A model generated the notes under the pieces. It was given only the letters and a program-made list of their open reading frames with translations. It was not told the DNA's origin and ran no database searches. A stretch of DNA of 63,674 bases, counting the filler. It is 7 parts of 7 records of this genome, joined end to end, with 100 filler letters (N's around TTAATTAATTAA, not from the genome) between each part and the next. Parts side by side here need not be neighbours in the genome. Positions count along the whole stretch, not along the records: positions 9,476 to 37,669 come from SRR20825010_584; 6 more parts are not named here. One strand, given 5' to 3'. Positions 20,616-29,269 of this stretch are shown here, piece after piece. The translations under genes and the position numbers were made by a program. Position 1 is the stretch's first letter. Each line of letters starts with the position of its first letter.

Positions 20616-21701
20616 TTAAGTGTTTGTGGGTTTGTTGAAAATCTGTGTGACGCCATCCGTGAGCGCACCCATGACATCCGCTGCGCGGCGATATTTAAGG
20701 AGCGGTGCGCCCTGCCCTGCGTAAAAAGAAGCAAGCTCAGGTTTACCAGCCTTCAGGGCGGCTTTCTTAAGCGGGGTGGTGAACCATGCCTGAAGCGGGA
20801 ACGGCAGGAAGGCTTTCACCCTCTCTACATCCGCCACAAAGCGGTTGGGCAAAAAGCGAGCAAGCCTGCCCGTATAAGCGCGGGAAAGAACGGTCTCATC
20901 TGCGGCGGTGTCAAAAATCAAATCCCGGTGCTGGTCGGTGGTGTTTGATTCCGCACACGCGAGAAAGGCGGTGCCAAGCTGCACAGCGTCAGCCCCAAGC
21001 GTTAGCGCTGCCGCAACACCGCGTGCATCACCCATGCCGCCAGCAGCAACCACAGGAATGCCCACGGCGTCCCGCACCTGTGGCACCAAAGGGAGTGTAC
21101 CGACGAGGCTCTCTTCCGCTCGTTTGATGAAAGACGGCCGGTGCCCACCCGCTTCAAAGCCCGTGGCCAGCACCATATCAACCCCTGCGGCCTCAAGCGC
21201 TTTCGCTTCCGCCACGGTTGTGGCCGCACCCAGTGTTTTAATGCCCGCTATCCGGCACCGCGCCAGCACCTCCGCGCTTGGAATACCAAACACAAAACTG
21301 AACACAGCTGGCCTGGCTGCAATCAGCGCCTCAACCTGTGCTTCATATTGCTCCACATGGTCTTTGGGCATGCCCGGTGCTTGCATGCCAAGCTCGTCAT
21401 AATAGGGCTGGAAAAACTCTACCGCGCTCTGATAACCGGCCTCATCAAGCCCCTCACCGCCCTCATCAACCACAGAAACCCAGAGGTTGAGCGCAAACGG
21501 CTTATCTGTTGTTGCGCGTATCTGCTGTGTAACGCTGAGGATTTCATCTGCCGAGAGGTTATGCGCCCCAAAGGACCCAAGCCCGCCTGCGTTTGAAACC
21601 GCCGCCACAAGCTCGGTCGACGAAAAGCCACCACCAAAAGGCCCCTGGATGATGGGATACTGAATGCCGACAGCTTCGGTAAAGCGTGTTTTCTGCCACA
21701 T
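20616..21701 (-). CDS. Nitronate monooxygenase family flavin oxidoreductase
   Basis: PIIQGPFGGG, VSNAGGLGS, EAGGHR, AAGG and GTAFL. Confidence 0.9.
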   Translation of the reverse strand: MWQKTRFTEAVGIQYPIIQGPFGGGFSSTELVAAVSNAGGLGSFGAHNLSADEILSVTQQIRATTDKPFALNLWVSVVDEGGEGLDEAGYQSAVEFFQPYYDELGMQAPGMPKDHVEQYEAQVEALIAARPAVFSFVFGIPSAEVLARCRIAGIKTLGAATTVAEAKALEAAGVDMVLATGFEAGGHRPSFIKRAEESLVGTLPLVPQVRDAVGIPVVAAGGMGDARGVAAALTLGADAVQLGTAFLACAESNTTDQHRDLIFDTAADETVLSRAYTGRLARFLPNRFVADVERVKAFLPFPLQAWFTTPLKKAALKAGKPELASFYAGQGAPLLKYRRAADVMGALTDGVTQIFNKPTNT

Positions 21702-21757
21702 GGGGCGTGTTCTCCTTCCATAAAGTGAGCAAGCTTTACGGATTGAGATAACCACGG

Positions 21758-21831
21758 CATACTAAGTTTCAAGAAGTAACCAGGTATTTATAAGTTACCA
21801 TATGGTAAGTAGGTCACCAGACCGTAACTAT
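21758..21831. promoter_or_regulatory. Probable HxlR operator region of the divergon
   Basis: Perfect palindrome TTACCATATGGTAA (21795-21808) flanked by related GTAAC/GTCAC half-sites. Confidence 0.55.
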
Positions 21832-21865
21832 CTATGAATATTACATTTTTATTGATGTCCGCGAG

Positions 21866-22243
21866 ATGGATATGCTCACAAGACGCAAAAGCAAGGTGGC
21901 CCCACCACCGCATGAATGCCCGCTCAACAGCTGCCTCGCGATCATTGGCGGTGCCTGGACGCCCAACATCATCTTGCAACTGAGCGAAGGCCCGCGCCGC
22001 TTTAGCGAGCTGAAGGATGATATCCCCGGCGTCTCTGCCAAAATGCTCACCACACGGCTGAAAAAGCTTGAGGCGGATGGCGTCGTAAAGCGCAGGGTGA
22101 TGCCCACCTCCCCACCAACGGTGGAATATTCGCTGACCGATCTGGGCGCTGAGCTTCAGCCCGCCATTGCCGCCATTGTGAGCGTCGGCCACCGGCTGAA
22201 AGAACGCAGGCAAAAAAGCACACGCGGGGGCTCGCCGTCTTAG
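21866..22243 (+). CDS. HxlR-family winged-helix regulator
   Basis: N-terminal redox Cys motif (ECPL), RRFSEL and PPTVEYSLT. Confidence 0.92.
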   Translation: MDMLTRRKSKVAPPPHECPLNSCLAIIGGAWTPNIILQLSEGPRRFSELKDDIPGVSAKMLTTRLKKLEADGVVKRRVMPTSPPTVEYSLTDLGAELQPAIAAIVSVGHRLKERRQKSTRGGSPS

Positions 22244-22845
22244 GCCTGAGTTAAAGCAGGCCACGCCGCGAGGGCGCAGTGCGCTACCGCGAGAAGGGTC
22301 TCTCGTGAAGCACCGTCCCGCGCCGTAAATGTCATACCGTGCTGTACAGACACATAATATGCCGCAATAGCATGCGTATCCGCTCCCTCACAGATTTCAC
22401 CCGCTGCCTTTGCCTGCTCAAAACGCTCTTCCAGAAGTGTTATGTTTTGTGCCCGCAGAGCCCTGAGCGCGTCACACACTTTCTGGTTGGCTCCGTTCGG
22501 TTGTGGCGCGGCCAAAACAATCATGCACCCTCTGGGATGGTCACTTTGGGTGAAGGCATTCGCGGACGCCACAAGTACATGACGTACCGCATCAAAAGCT
22601 GTTTCAGCTACCGAGAGCATATCCCAGATTCCGCTTCCCTCCTCCTTTGAATAAAGGGAAATCGCCTCTTCAAAAAGCCCTTCCTTGCTGCCAAACGCTG
22701 CATAAAGGCTGGGCGGCTTTAATGCCATGGCGGTAGTCAGATCACTCAACGAAGCACCTTCAAAGCCCTTGGCCCAGAAAACGTGCATCGCCTTTCTCAG
22801 CGCATCCTCGCGATCATACGCGCGCGGCCTTCCTCTCATAGCCAT
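22240..22845 (-). CDS. TetR-family regulator (ComR/NemR-like)
   Basis: RGRPRAYD...FWAKGFEGAS...SLYAAFGSKEGLF and GCMIV. Confidence 0.93.
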   Translation of the reverse strand: MAMRGRPRAYDREDALRKAMHVFWAKGFEGASLSDLTTAMALKPPSLYAAFGSKEGLFEEAISLYSKEEGSGIWDMLSVAETAFDAVRHVLVASANAFTQSDHPRGCMIVLAAPQPNGANQKVCDALRALRAQNITLLEERFEQAKAAGEICEGADTHAIAAYYVSVQHGMTFTARDGASRETLLAVAHCALAAWPALTQA

Positions 22846-22855
22846 CGGCTTCTCC

Positions 22856-22935
22856 TTATTTTGTATCGATCAATAAATAAATCACTTGACGGTATGAGAC
22901 AAGCGGTACATTTATGTATCGATCAATACATAAAT
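22856..22935. promoter_or_regulatory. Duplicated TetR operator between tetR and the SDR gene
   Basis: TGTATCGATCAATA occurs twice; the second copy is the long palindrome ATTTATGTAT-CGATCA-ATACATAAAT. A TTGACG lies between the copies. Confidence 0.8.
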
Positions 22936-22948
22936 TGAGGATACCCCC

Positions 22949-23689
22949 ATGCAAACTCTCGACAGTAAAGTAGCCTTTGTAACCGGTGGAAGCCGCGGTA
23001 TCGGAGCCGCCACCGTGCGGGCTCTTGCCCATCAGGGCGCAAGCGTTGCCTTTACCTTCAACTCGAACGAAACGAAGGCAAACGCCTTGGTCGCCGAGCT
23101 TGAAGAAAATGGCCTGAAAGCTTTGGCCCTGCAGGCAGATAACGCTGAGAACGGCGCTGTCACGTCAGCGGTTGAGGCAGCGCACGCGGCCTATGGTGCG
23201 CTTGACATTGTGGTGAACAACGCTGGCATCTTCGATGTAAAACCCGTTCTGGATTTTACCATGGCTGATTATGACCGAACGGCGAACGTTAACATTCGTG
23301 CCGTGTATGAAGCCTGCCTCGCTGCTGCACACCTTATGAGTGATAGCGGCCGCATCATCAACATTGGCAGCACGTTGGCTGTGCGCGCGCCTTTTGAAGG
23401 CCTTACCTTATATTCGCTCAGCAAAGCCGCACTTACAGGCCTCACCAAGGCACTTGCCCGCGACCTTGGTCCCCGAGGCATTACCGTCAACATTGTGCAT
23501 CCTGGATCAACCAACACCGATATGAACCCAGCAGACGATGAAGCAGCCGCTAGCCAGCTCGATATGATGGCCATTCGCCGCTTCAGCGATCCGGAAGATG
23601 TCGCAGCACTGATCGCGTGGCTCGCAAGCCCGGAGGCGCGTGCTATCACTGGGGCTGAATATACGATCGACCACGGAGCCAACGCCTAA
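22949..23689 (+). CDS. SDR-family oxidoreductase
   Basis: TGGSRGIG, NNAG and YxxxK (YSLSK). Confidence 0.93.
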   Translation: MQTLDSKVAFVTGGSRGIGAATVRALAHQGASVAFTFNSNETKANALVAELEENGLKALALQADNAENGAVTSAVEAAHAAYGALDIVVNNAGIFDVKPVLDFTMADYDRTANVNIRAVYEACLAAAHLMSDSGRIINIGSTLAVRAPFEGLTLYSLSKAALTGLTKALARDLGPRGITVNIVHPGSTNTDMNPADDEAAASQLDMMAIRRFSDPEDVAALIAWLASPEARAITGAEYTIDHGANA

Positions 23690-23693
23690 TCTG

Positions 23694-24875
23694 ATGGCCA
23701 GGCCTGGCATGAAAGTTGGCGTCTCCCCCACAACGCGTCCGACGGTGTTTCCGCTCGCACTTGGTGCGGCGGTCATTGTCACAACGGAATTCCTGTTTGT
23801 GGGGGCGCTGCCCGCGATAGCAGTCTCCCTACAGATTACAGAAAGTCACGCCAGCATACTCATCTCGCTTTTTGCGTTATCTGCCGCAATCCTGGGGCCT
23901 CTATTAACACTTGTCTGGTCTGATTATAGCCCGACTGTCGTGTTGAAGAGGTGCATGCTGGCACTTATGCTCAGCCATCTCGCATTGGCTATGGTACCAA
24001 ACCTCTGGCTCCATGGCGGCATCCGTATATTGCAGGGTGCTCTCCTTACCCCTTTTATCAGCGTCGCCAGTGCACTCGCGGCGGAACTAGCGCCACCTAA
24101 AGACAAAATTCTCGCTGTGGCTCGTGTTAATCTCGGCACCATCATGGGTATTGTGTTTGTCGTGCCTGCCTTTATCGCGCTTGAAGCATACCTTGGGCTT
24201 ACAGTGCTCTTTCTCCTGCTTGCTGGAGCTTCCCTGCTCACGCATGTTCTGCTGCCTTCCACGCCTGTACCGGCATCACAAACCAGCAGCATCGCGAACC
24301 AACTGGGTATTCTGAAACAGCCGATGGTATTGCGGCACCTTGCTGCTTCGGCACTCACATTTGCTGTTCTTTTTATGCCTTATAGCTTTATCCGGCTGTT
24401 CATCAACCACGCGTTTGGTACTGCATTTCTCGGAACGAACGAAACCGTGGCATCGCTGGTTTTACTCCTTTTTGGCATTGCCGGCATTTGGGGCAACAGC
24501 CTGGCAGCTCACCACGTAGAAAAGCACCCAAGGCTTACTACCGGCATCCTTACCACTGCTGTCGCGCTTTGCACCGCCATGCTCAGCGTCGTAACAAACG
24601 GGGCATGGCTGAACCTTTTGTTATTCGCCTTATGGGGTACCGCCCATTCTGGCAGTTTCCTCGCGTGCCAAATCAGGGTAATGCAAGCCACGCCTCAGGC
24701 GCGCGCGTTCGCCCTTTCTCTTAATATCGCCGTATGCAATCTCGGCATCGCTATAGGCGCCTCGGCGGGGAGTATAGCACTCTCGCACGGCGGTCTTGGC
24801 TTCATATGGCCTGGGTGCATACTCCTGAGTGCCCTGACAATAACCGTGCTGGCTCGAACAAGCCGGCAAGTATAG
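23694..24875 (+). CDS. MFS transporter (DHA1/AraJ-like)
   Basis: About 12 hydrophobic segments and the TTEFLFVGALP motif; start uncertain (23694 or 23709). Confidence 0.82.
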   Translation: MARPGMKVGVSPTTRPTVFPLALGAAVIVTTEFLFVGALPAIAVSLQITESHASILISLFALSAAILGPLLTLVWSDYSPTVVLKRCMLALMLSHLALAMVPNLWLHGGIRILQGALLTPFISVASALAAELAPPKDKILAVARVNLGTIMGIVFVVPAFIALEAYLGLTVLFLLLAGASLLTHVLLPSTPVPASQTSSIANQLGILKQPMVLRHLAASALTFAVLFMPYSFIRLFINHAFGTAFLGTNETVASLVLLLFGIAGIWGNSLAAHHVEKHPRLTTGILTTAVALCTAMLSVVTNGAWLNLLLFALWGTAHSGSFLACQIRVMQATPQARAFALSLNIAVCNLGIAIGASAGSIALSHGGLGFIWPGCILLSALTITVLARTSRQV

Positions 24876-24967
24876 AAAGATATGCGGCGCCCCTACACAT
24901 TCCCGCCCCAATCCCCACATAAGTCTTGCAATCGATTTATATAACAAGCGACAGATGGGGGAACATC

Positions 24968-25597
24968 ATGAGCGCGACAGCGAAATTCTGGAACCGTATG
25001 GCCAAAGGTTATGCGAAGTCATCCATTGCCGATCAGGCATCCTATGAACACAAATTAGAGCTTACCCGCAGTTACTTCACCCCTGAGATGGAGGTGGTTG
25101 AGATCGCCTGCGGCACTGGCAGCACAGCCCTTTTGCATGCGCCACACGTGAAACATATCCTCGCCACTGATATCTCTGAGAACATGCTCGCCATCGCGCG
25201 GGAGAAGGCCGGAGCCCAAGGCATCACAAATGTGACGTTTGAATGCTCGCCGATTGACGAGCTGACCGTGCCGGATGGCAGCACTGACATGGTGATGGCG
25301 CATTCGATCCTGCACCTGTTGCCGGAACCCGAAGCAACAGTTGCCAGTGTGCACAAAATGCTCAAACCCGGCGGTTTGTTTGTCTCCAGCACCGTATGCC
25401 TTCAGGACGGCTTGGGATTCTTCAAATACATCCTGCCTATCGCGCGCCTGGTTGGGTATGCACCGCCACATGTGGGTTTCCTGAAAGAGGAGGAGCTTGA
25501 AAGCATGATCACAAGTGCTGGTTTTACCCTTGAACACAACTGGCGCCCCGGCCCCAAGAAGGCCGTGTTCATCATCGCGCGGAAAAGTGAAGCGTGA
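24968..25597 (+). CDS. Class I SAM-dependent methyltransferase
   Basis: EIACGTG, DISENM and LKPGG. Confidence 0.9.
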   Translation: MSATAKFWNRMAKGYAKSSIADQASYEHKLELTRSYFTPEMEVVEIACGTGSTALLHAPHVKHILATDISENMLAIAREKAGAQGITNVTFECSPIDELTVPDGSTDMVMAHSILHLLPEPEATVASVHKMLKPGGLFVSSTVCLQDGLGFFKYILPIARLVGYAPPHVGFLKEEELESMITSAGFTLEHNWRPGPKKAVFIIARKSEA

Positions 25598-25606
25598 TAT
25601 GTACTG

Positions 25607-26353
25607 GTGTATACGCAATACACCGAACGGGCAGAACCAACTGTGGACGTTGAGGAAAACAGCATAGAGGCACAGCATCCGGAGATAGTTTCCGCGCAGC
25701 AATCTGCCGTGTTGTGCCAAACCTGCGGCTTGTGCTGCAATGGCGCGCTGTTTTCCTTTGTTGCCCTGAAGGAAAAAGACGTTGAAGCCCTGAAGGGCAC
25801 ACCAATCAAAATCCGCGCAGACAAAGACGGCAAAACCATCTTCAGCCAGCCCTGTGCTGCGCTGTCAGGCACATCATGCTCCATTTATGAAACGCGCCCC
25901 GGCGCGTGCCGCAGTTATTTATGCTCGCTAACACGCGGTGTTCTGAACGGCAGCAATGACCTTGAAAGCGCGCTCGGCCATGTCGCAGACATGAAAGCAA
26001 GGGGAGCATGGCTTCTGGCAAACGTGCCGCAGGGCATGTTGAAACAACGCGCGCCTGCGCCCGCAAAACAGACGCCGCTAACGGCCAACACCATCCTCAA
26101 GATGTGGCAGGCCCCAAAACCTGAGGCTACCGGCGGCGAAGCTACCGGTAATGAAAGCAACGAACCACTATCGTTGTGGACACTGCTGAGCCTGCTTCAC
26201 CCGCGGTTTCTGGCAAAACACCAACAGGTGGGCCTGACCGCGCAAGACAGGGCCTATGTCGCAAACGCCTTTGCCTATACCAAACGGGTTGACCGCCTGT
26301 TTGAAAAAACGCCCCTTCTCAGAAAATATGCGGAGCTGGTTCAACAATTCTAG
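25607..26353 (+). CDS. YkgJ-family cysteine-cluster (CxxCxxCC) protein
   Basis: CQTCGLCC...PCAAL...CSIYETRPGACRSYLC; start uncertain. Confidence 0.8.
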   Translation: MYTQYTERAEPTVDVEENSIEAQHPEIVSAQQSAVLCQTCGLCCNGALFSFVALKEKDVEALKGTPIKIRADKDGKTIFSQPCAALSGTSCSIYETRPGACRSYLCSLTRGVLNGSNDLESALGHVADMKARGAWLLANVPQGMLKQRAPAPAKQTPLTANTILKMWQAPKPEATGGEATGNESNEPLSLWTLLSLLHPRFLAKHQQVGLTAQDRAYVANAFAYTKRVDRLFEKTPLLRKYAELVQQF

Positions 26354-26628
26354 AAGCTGGCCTGAGAGGACCAGGCTCGTCATCGCAGAGGGAACTCGGA
26401 AGATAACGTGCCCCGGCGTTTCTTTCTTCCTCAAGTAGTTATATCCCTCGATAGCACCCCCAAGAATTTGCATGCCTACTGTTCCCCGTCAGCGCCTATG
26501 GGACAGGTTAGCGGGTTTACTTAAAGGAGGATTTTTGGTTCGGATTTTTTGCATAACCGTCACGAACCAAAAAAAAACACCTGAGGGCACAATACAATGC
26601 CAAACTCACTATACTTCCTCATCACCCT

Positions 26629-28053
26629 TTATTTCTCGGGTAACGCATTCAGTATTTCTGAGAAATGCTTATTGACATCGAACTTTTCTCCCCTGTTCGT
26701 CCAGCCAAACCGTATCACAACGGCATCTTTCGAGGGAACAATCGCAATATGTTGCCCCGCATACCCTGCGGCCATAAACAGGTCCTTGGGTGCATCAACT
26801 AACATACGGTCCTCTTCATTATCCAGGCTGCCACGATTATGCCAAAACTGTGCGCCATACATACCTTTTGGAGCCAGCGGTGTAACTGATCGCGTATAAG
26901 CCACCCACTCTCTAGACAAGACCTGCTTGTCACCAACCATGCCTTCGTTCAAAAATAATAGACCAAAACGTGCCCAATCCTGGGCTGTGGCATAAAAGTA
27001 TGAACTACCAACATGCGAACCGGACACATCCGGCTCGAACACAGCACTTGTCATGCCCACTGGCTTAAAGAAATGATCCCAGGCATAGGTGTGTACGTCT
27101 TGCAGAGTGCCCCCTACTGCATCAAACAGGATATGAGACAATATGTTTGTCGTTCCCGATGAATAATACCACTTTGTATCAGGCGCTGTTTCAGCAGGCT
27201 TATTCGCTGCGTATTTCGCCATATATCCTTCACGAAACAACATGTTCGTGCTGTCGTTCCCTGGAATATAGGGCTCTGTAAACTCAAGCCCACTTGTCAT
27301 ATTCAGCAAACTACGAAGCGTAATTTGACCGCGTGCATCACCTTCTGCAGACCACTCTGAAACCGGTGCCGCTTCGTCTAGCGCAAGCTTATTCCTGGTT
27401 ACCATTGTTCCAATCAGCGCACTGGCAACACTTTTGCTGGCTGACCACGCTAAAAACCGGCTTTCTTGATTAAAGCCTTCAGCATATTTCTCTGCAACAA
27501 TCTTCCCCTGGTAGACAACGAGGACAGCCCGTGTATCAACGGTCTGATGTTCAGAAGCATCAACAAAAGCCGCATCTACAGCAGCATCAAGTTTTTTCCA
27601 GTCAACGCCTCTACGGTTCCTGTCCAAAGACACTTCATCGCCTAAAGGCCACTCCTGCGCACGTCGGGGCCTAAAATTATCAGCGATTTCTTTTGCTTGC
27701 TCAAGCAGTTGGTCCGGGGTGCTGTTATCCAACATAAGTGTGCACCCCACCCCGGGGCGGTACAGGGCAGATCGCTTTACATCGCCCGCAATTGCCGTGG
27801 CTATCTTGGTGTTCTGATCAAAGCCAAACTCAACATCCTTTAACAAGGGATATGCAATGGGCCTCAGATCACGTTGAACCACATTTTCAGGGGTACGGTT
27901 TTGCAGGAACACACCTGAACAGGCCAGTTTCGCACCCGCACCCGCCGCCATTTCCTTAGTAATCGTTGCCATGTCCTGGTGCTCGTTTGCCTGAGCTTGC
28001 AAAGATATGGTTCCAACAGCGGTACATACCGCGAGATACAGATACGATTTCAT
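26629..28053 (-). CDS. Secreted serine hydrolase (beta-lactamase fold, NylB-like)
   Basis: Signal peptide (AQA), SxxK in WSASKS, MTSGL, YSSG and ARFG. Confidence 0.88.
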   Translation of the reverse strand: MKSYLYLAVCTAVGTISLQAQANEHQDMATITKEMAAGAGAKLACSGVFLQNRTPENVVQRDLRPIAYPLLKDVEFGFDQNTKIATAIAGDVKRSALYRPGVGCTLMLDNSTPDQLLEQAKEIADNFRPRRAQEWPLGDEVSLDRNRRGVDWKKLDAAVDAAFVDASEHQTVDTRAVLVVYQGKIVAEKYAEGFNQESRFLAWSASKSVASALIGTMVTRNKLALDEAAPVSEWSAEGDARGQITLRSLLNMTSGLEFTEPYIPGNDSTNMLFREGYMAKYAANKPAETAPDTKWYYSSGTTNILSHILFDAVGGTLQDVHTYAWDHFFKPVGMTSAVFEPDVSGSHVGSSYFYATAQDWARFGLLFLNEGMVGDKQVLSREWVAYTRSVTPLAPKGMYGAQFWHNRGSLDNEEDRMLVDAPKDLFMAAGYAGQHIAIVPSKDAVVIRFGWTNRGEKFDVNKHFSEILNALPEK

Positions 28054-29126
28054 TATTTAATCCTCTCAAGTAAGGCTTCTAAATCCCGCACAAACCATTC
28101 TGGACGCATGGGATGGGCCGCATGAGGGGTGTTTGGATAGTCCACAAGTGTGATCAGGTCGGGGTGCATATCACGCAGTTTTTCAAAGGACCCCGTCGCG
28201 TCAAACAGGTCCCCTGTTGGGTCAATAATGACCATCGGAACTGACAGATTACGGTATGTGATATAAGGATGAACACGGCGCCAGGATTGGTGCAGCAAGG
28301 GAAGCCTATGGGTTAGGCCGGGATTAATTGCCGCCTCACCAAAGGCATCGAACATTTTGGCATCATCATGATGCATGCCAAACGTACCGTCTTTTTTTTC
28401 AACCACAAAGGAATGAAGAGCAACCATTGATAATTTGGGAAATTCACCACCCCATCCCGGAACATATAAGTTCGCCATAAACTTTATTCCTGCAAAACGG
28501 TCTTGAAACACTGGCATTTGCATCGCAGGCATATGCTCCAACATGGCTTTCATCTGCTCGTACATAATTTCTGTCCGGAGCTGCACAGCATCCGCGCCAC
28601 CATCTTCCAGAACGATACCGAGCACGCGCTCTGGATAGTTTTCATAAAAGGTGGTCGTCACACCTCCCCCCAGAGAAAGGCCGCCAATAACCGCTTTTTC
28701 AATGCCAAGTTTATCCATCATCGCGGCAATATCATCGGCAATATGCGCGAGGGAAAACTCATAGTTGTCAACTTGAGTGTGACCGTGGCCGCGATATGAA
28801 ATGGAATAGACATGATAACCGGCTTCAACAAGCTGGTCAGCGACATTCACCAACTCAAATCCTGTGCTACTGTATCCATGTGACCAAATAAGCGGCACAC
28901 CGCTATCGTCTCCCCACTCCAGATAATGCATTTTGATGCCATTGACCTCAATGAAACGCCCATGCTCTCTATCAATATTCAAATACTGTTCATATGCTGC
29001 AGCTACACGAGCGCGGTTCTCTGAGGTATCTGGCAAAATATCTTGTGGTGAGTTTGCTTGCGCACCAATGGCAAACAAGCTCAAGGCCAATGTTATAATT
29101 GGGTGAAAAAGACAGTATTTCATCAT
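28053..29126 (-). CDS. Secreted alpha/beta hydrolase
   Basis: Signal peptide (AQA), HGYS oxyanion motif, GLSLG nucleophile elbow and C-terminal His (TPHAAH). Confidence 0.88.
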   Translation of the reverse strand: MMKYCLFHPIITLALSLFAIGAQANSPQDILPDTSENRARVAAAYEQYLNIDREHGRFIEVNGIKMHYLEWGDDSGVPLIWSHGYSSTGFELVNVADQLVEAGYHVYSISYRGHGHTQVDNYEFSLAHIADDIAAMMDKLGIEKAVIGGLSLGGGVTTTFYENYPERVLGIVLEDGGADAVQLRTEIMYEQMKAMLEHMPAMQMPVFQDRFAGIKFMANLYVPGWGGEFPKLSMVALHSFVVEKKDGTFGMHHDDAKMFDAFGEAAINPGLTHRLPLLHQSWRRVHPYITYRNLSVPMVIIDPTGDLFDATGSFEKLRDMHPDLITLVDYPNTPHAAHPMRPEWFVRDLEALLERIK

Positions 29127-29203
29127 GTAAATCCTTACGTAGCCGAATAGAAGCAGGCTGGAACACCTGCTGCCTTGTGGACAGGAATTTGCTTATGTCT
29201 CTT

Positions 29204-29235
29204 CTACAGAAGAGCCTCGACAGGCTCTTCTGTAG
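29204..29235. other. Perfect 14-bp hairpin between the receptor and hydrolase genes
   Basis: CTACAGAAGAGCCT-CGAC-AGGCTCTTCTGTAG, with no U-tract. Confidence 0.7.
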
Positions 29236-29269
29236 CGGTGATTTTTGTCAGAAGAGGAATAGGTCGGCT

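Noticed and set aside
26408-26416. GTGCCCCGG as an att duplicate of the tRNA-Leu 3' end
   Set aside because: Too short and imperfect to distinguish from chance.
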